This document shows positions 60,431 to 64,000 of a DNA stretch of 64,000 nucleotides, in pieces. The DNA is taken from NCBI GenBank assembly GCA_965644295.1, contig CBFFRP010000620.1:1-64000 (forward strand), written 5' to 3'. Position 1 is the stretch's first letter. Each line of letters opens with the position of its first letter. The stretch is from Paraphysomonas bandaiensis (Eukaryota; Protista; Chrysophyceae). The notes beneath the pieces are model-generated. The model was not told the DNA's origin. It ran no database searches and worked only from the letters and a program-made list of their open reading frames with translations. Position numbers and translations under genes: made by a program.

Positions 60431-63147
60431 ATGAACTCAACAACTTATGTGCGCAACTTCACCTACGATGATCCGTACATACAGGAGGAGCAGCAGGTGG
60501 AGTCAGTGAAGTGTGTGAGTGTGGACCCCAGCGGACAGCTATGCGCTCTGGTCATACATAAGAATAAGGACACTAAGAGAGAGGGAGAGGGAGAGGAGGG
60601 GGGGGCAGAGGTTGAGAAGGAGGTTGAGAGGGAGGAAAAGGATGAGATGAGCATATGGAGTATGTGTGGGGGGGTGGGGGAGGTGTACCGTATGAGTGTT
60701 GGTGTGTTGAGAGGGCCTGTAGAGGTGATGTGGGCTCAAGACAGCTCACTCATACTCACAGCGACTGTGTGCTCCTCCCACAGAGATACAGACGGAGAGA
60801 GGGACTCATGCGGCAGTGAGATGGATGTGAATATATGGCGACTGGGAGTGGGGGGCAGTGAGCCCGTCTATTCTTTGAGGTGAGTCCACTCAGAATGGTC
60901 TCTTTATTCACTGCTTAATACATTTTTATGGGCAGAATTTCGTCAAGATGGCATATCAACTTTCTTCCCAGTGAATATCTGTCTCTACTGATGCATAATG
61001 GTGATGGTAACCCTATGGTACTCTCACTGCAAGAGGATATCCACATGCGTGTGTGTCGTATAGACTGTGTAGACTCAGACCAGTACATGATTGAAAATGT
61101 GCACGAACTAAAACTGGATTATGCTACTGATACTAGTCAGACAAAGTCCGCGTATATTGACACCAGTCGTGTAAGGGGTGAGACTTTTACCGAATCTAGT
61201 GGAGCCGTAGTTTGCATGGTTTGTCAATCTTCGCTGATAAATAGTTGCGGTGATGTATTCGTGGTCAATCGTTTCTCTAAATCTTCATTCAGACTACTTA
61301 AACTTGATAGCATCGTGAATCATGTGTTGCATAGCATTGATATCAGCCCAGCAGAAGAGGATGTTCATGAAATGTCCTCTCTGAGCCATTACATGGATCT
61401 CAATTTTGACCAGTCGCAGCTACTCGTGTGTTCGAGTAGCAATGACTCAGAAGTTAGTTCGAAGAATATTTTGAGAATTGTATCAACCGCTGATATGTCA
61501 ATTTTAATGGTAATGCCTCCGCCTGTTCTGGCTCCGATATCTGGATGCTGTGTGTTGCAGCCAACTGTGGGGGTCTCGACATCGTTTCATACATGTATTG
61601 TGTTATCTTGTTCGGGTACGAATGGGGGACTGCATGAGTTACGTTGGGCAGAGCATGAACATGAAAAAATGGACACTGATGACGTTGAAGGTAGAGAACG
61701 CGAACATCTGAAAGTAGAGGTTGATGTCAAATCTCTATACAAAGGTAGCGTAAGTTGTATTTCTGCCTCCTCAAGATACGCCACCTTGTGTGCCCTCACT
61801 ACACCTGATTGTGATGCTAGCACTTCGACTTGTGTAGTATTTGCTCCGCAACTGCCAGTATCTGACTATCCGGGGCCAATGTATCCTCCCGGCTATGTGG
61901 TTCTGAATGCTGCTGTATCCTACGATGAGGCCGAAGATGAGTTCGATATTCCTATAGAGACAATATTTAGTGGGCTCGGAGACAGATCTTCGAACGGTAG
62001 ACAAAGGGGGCAAAGACACGCTCAGGATATAGATGTATGCTCTCTGACTCCCTTAGCTGGTGAACTGACGGAAATACTTCACGGGTCTGCCGATAGCACA
62101 TTAGAGTGCGATACGCTTCATCGTGACTTAATTCATGAGCAGAAAATGTGTAGTGATATGGAATTCAGGCGCAAGTGGAGCAGTAGTGGTGGGTGGACCC
62201 CTGAACGACGCATTCTAACTGATGTCGCTGAGGAGGCTCTTTCAAATGCCCTCACGGTTTCTCCGTCAGGGAATCAGGAAAATTCAACAGGGTTTAGCCA
62301 AGCCAATGTGTTGCCACCTAAAGTTGCGTCTGGAGAGTTGGCTCGTGAATTGGACATTGCTGAAGAGGTGAGATCAGTGTTTCTATATCAGCTGGATGTT
62401 TTGGTGTACAGCTCTGTGCAATCCCATTTGCATGTGGTAATTGATGTTTGCATATATTAGTACTGTGAAATATAATTCTGCAGTATGCAACCACTATGTT
62501 GTTCTATATTTAAGTGCTACTTTAGTCAATGTTGTGTAACGATGTATATTCACAGGACTCTATGAAGATAAGGACACTGTTAGGTAATCGAGAACGCGTG
62601 GAGGCCACTCTGATGAAAATAAAGGTTAGATAGCGTGATTATGCTATAGTACCAGTCTCTCTAACAACGTGTGAATATTAATAGGAGGTTGATGATGAGC
62701 GCAAGCGAGTAATGGCTGAGAAACGTGAGACTAAGAAGCGCCGAAGGGTACAGAAAATGTTGATATATTCCCGCTACTTCTATAGCTTTGAATGTTTAGT
62801 ATTATATACATATACTATTATACTATATATATAGACACTTATCAATAGATTATGCATGGGTAGTGACATTAATGTAGGAGCAGTTGGAAAAGGAAACACA
62901 ACAGACTGATATGCAGCAGACTGCTGGGAGTAGTCAAGCTGTTTACCCTGATATGCCTCCCCCCTCTATTCCAAGCACTGCGACTGTGGAGCCGCAGGTA
63001 TCTGTTTCCACTAGTGGTCCTCCACTAGAAACAGAAGGAGTAACTGGTACAGTTGGTGTGAATGGAAATACGGAAAGAGTGCCCATAGTGAAGGAAGAGC
63101 TACCTAGTGCTGGAAAGCCAGTTGATAAGGTCGTACCCTCTGACTGA
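60431..63147 (+). CDS. Divergent WD40 protein, RBBP5/Swd1-like, multi-exon
   Basis: WD-like strands (VSVDPSGQLCA, VMWAQDSSLILTA, LNFDQSQLLV); YPPGYVVLNAAVSYDEAEDEFDI...DIDV resembles the RBBP5 post-propeller FAPDF.EL.ENVEYEERESEFDI motif. Confidence 0.6.
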
Positions 63148-64000
63148 ATGTCTCCTTATGGTGACGATATATACTGGAGATCGCATTTATGTTAGTATAT
63201 AGAAGTAGAATATCTTGCTAGCTTACAATAGCGTGTGTAACAATTTAGTATTTCCGCAACTTGTGACCTATGATTAGTGCTATTGCAATAAAATAATGGT
63301 GTTCGTTGTTTTATCCATGTCTCAAAAGTGCTGGGCATGCTACTTTGATTATTATGCACGTAGTGGTGCCAATACACGAAAGAAAACTGTCACACATCAA
63401 AATATATATTATACACCTCTGAACAAGAGAAAATACAGCAAGTGTACAAGTATGAAGTATGGATCGGTTAAAAAGTACATAGCTCGACTTGTCCTAAAGA
63501 TATAAAGATTAAAGTTATAATAGAGGAATAAAGATTAAAGATGGTTCATATTTGGAATGCATATTCACCAACTAGATGTCTGGAATGCATTCTTTTATGC
63601 AAATATTGAAAATGATGAAATGTGCACATGTGACAACAGACTTTGAACTGCCAGCAGGACATTATTTCAAATTTGAGAAGTCGATGTATGATTTACGTGG
63701 TGCGATGATGGAAACATCTCAGTCGATTTATTAAGTCTCGATGTATACTTGAACCCTGTCTCTATCATATATATCATTTAAAAAAAAGAGAACGCACACT
63801 TCTCACTACTAAAATGTAATATTCGATCGAACAATAATATCTCAAGAAGATTAATTCCAAGTTTGTGAGAAGTTTTATATGATAGACAATTGTGAAGTGG
63901 TGCCCTTTCTGAACGTCAGAGTTACCACAATATACGACAGAGCACCCCTGCTTCTCTTCGTGCGTACACAAAGATAGTATTTAAGCAGTACGACAAGATC

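Overview
Eukaryotic (protist) genomic DNA with short GT-AG introns and TTAGGG-type repeats. The gene content looks stramenopile-like, but that is an inference. The left half (1-32.4 kb) is a mobile-element and conflict-gene island. It holds: (1) a truncated endogenous Polinton-like virus morphogenetic module (capsid C-half, basic core protein with xGG sites, adenain-type protease); (2) a 5.15-kb segment bounded by two inverted copies of a ~285-bp TG...CA element, carrying a Crinkler-type REase+kinase gene and a nested 955-bp TIR element with a Tudor-like mini-gene; (3) a disrupted NYN-LOTUS-KH-Macro-WWE-PARP fusion gene; (4) a young full-length chromodomain Ty3/Gypsy element with an IFDN RT motif, an in-frame gag-TGA-pol junction, a CCCH gag finger and no tRNA-type PBS; (5) an 11-kb 28-bp satellite made of three interleaved variants. 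The right half (33-64 kb) is ordinary gene-dense sequence: an Ariadne-like RBR lacking a canonical RING2, a small spliced gene, TM9SF, a LEA-like repeat protein, YKT6, a cAMP-receptor-like GPCR, a NEK kinase, a type I membrane protein, NDUFV2, BolA, a Cys-rich protein and an RBBP5/Swd1-like WD40 protein, plus scattered MITE-like copies. All domain calls come from motif recognition by eye; no database searches were run.
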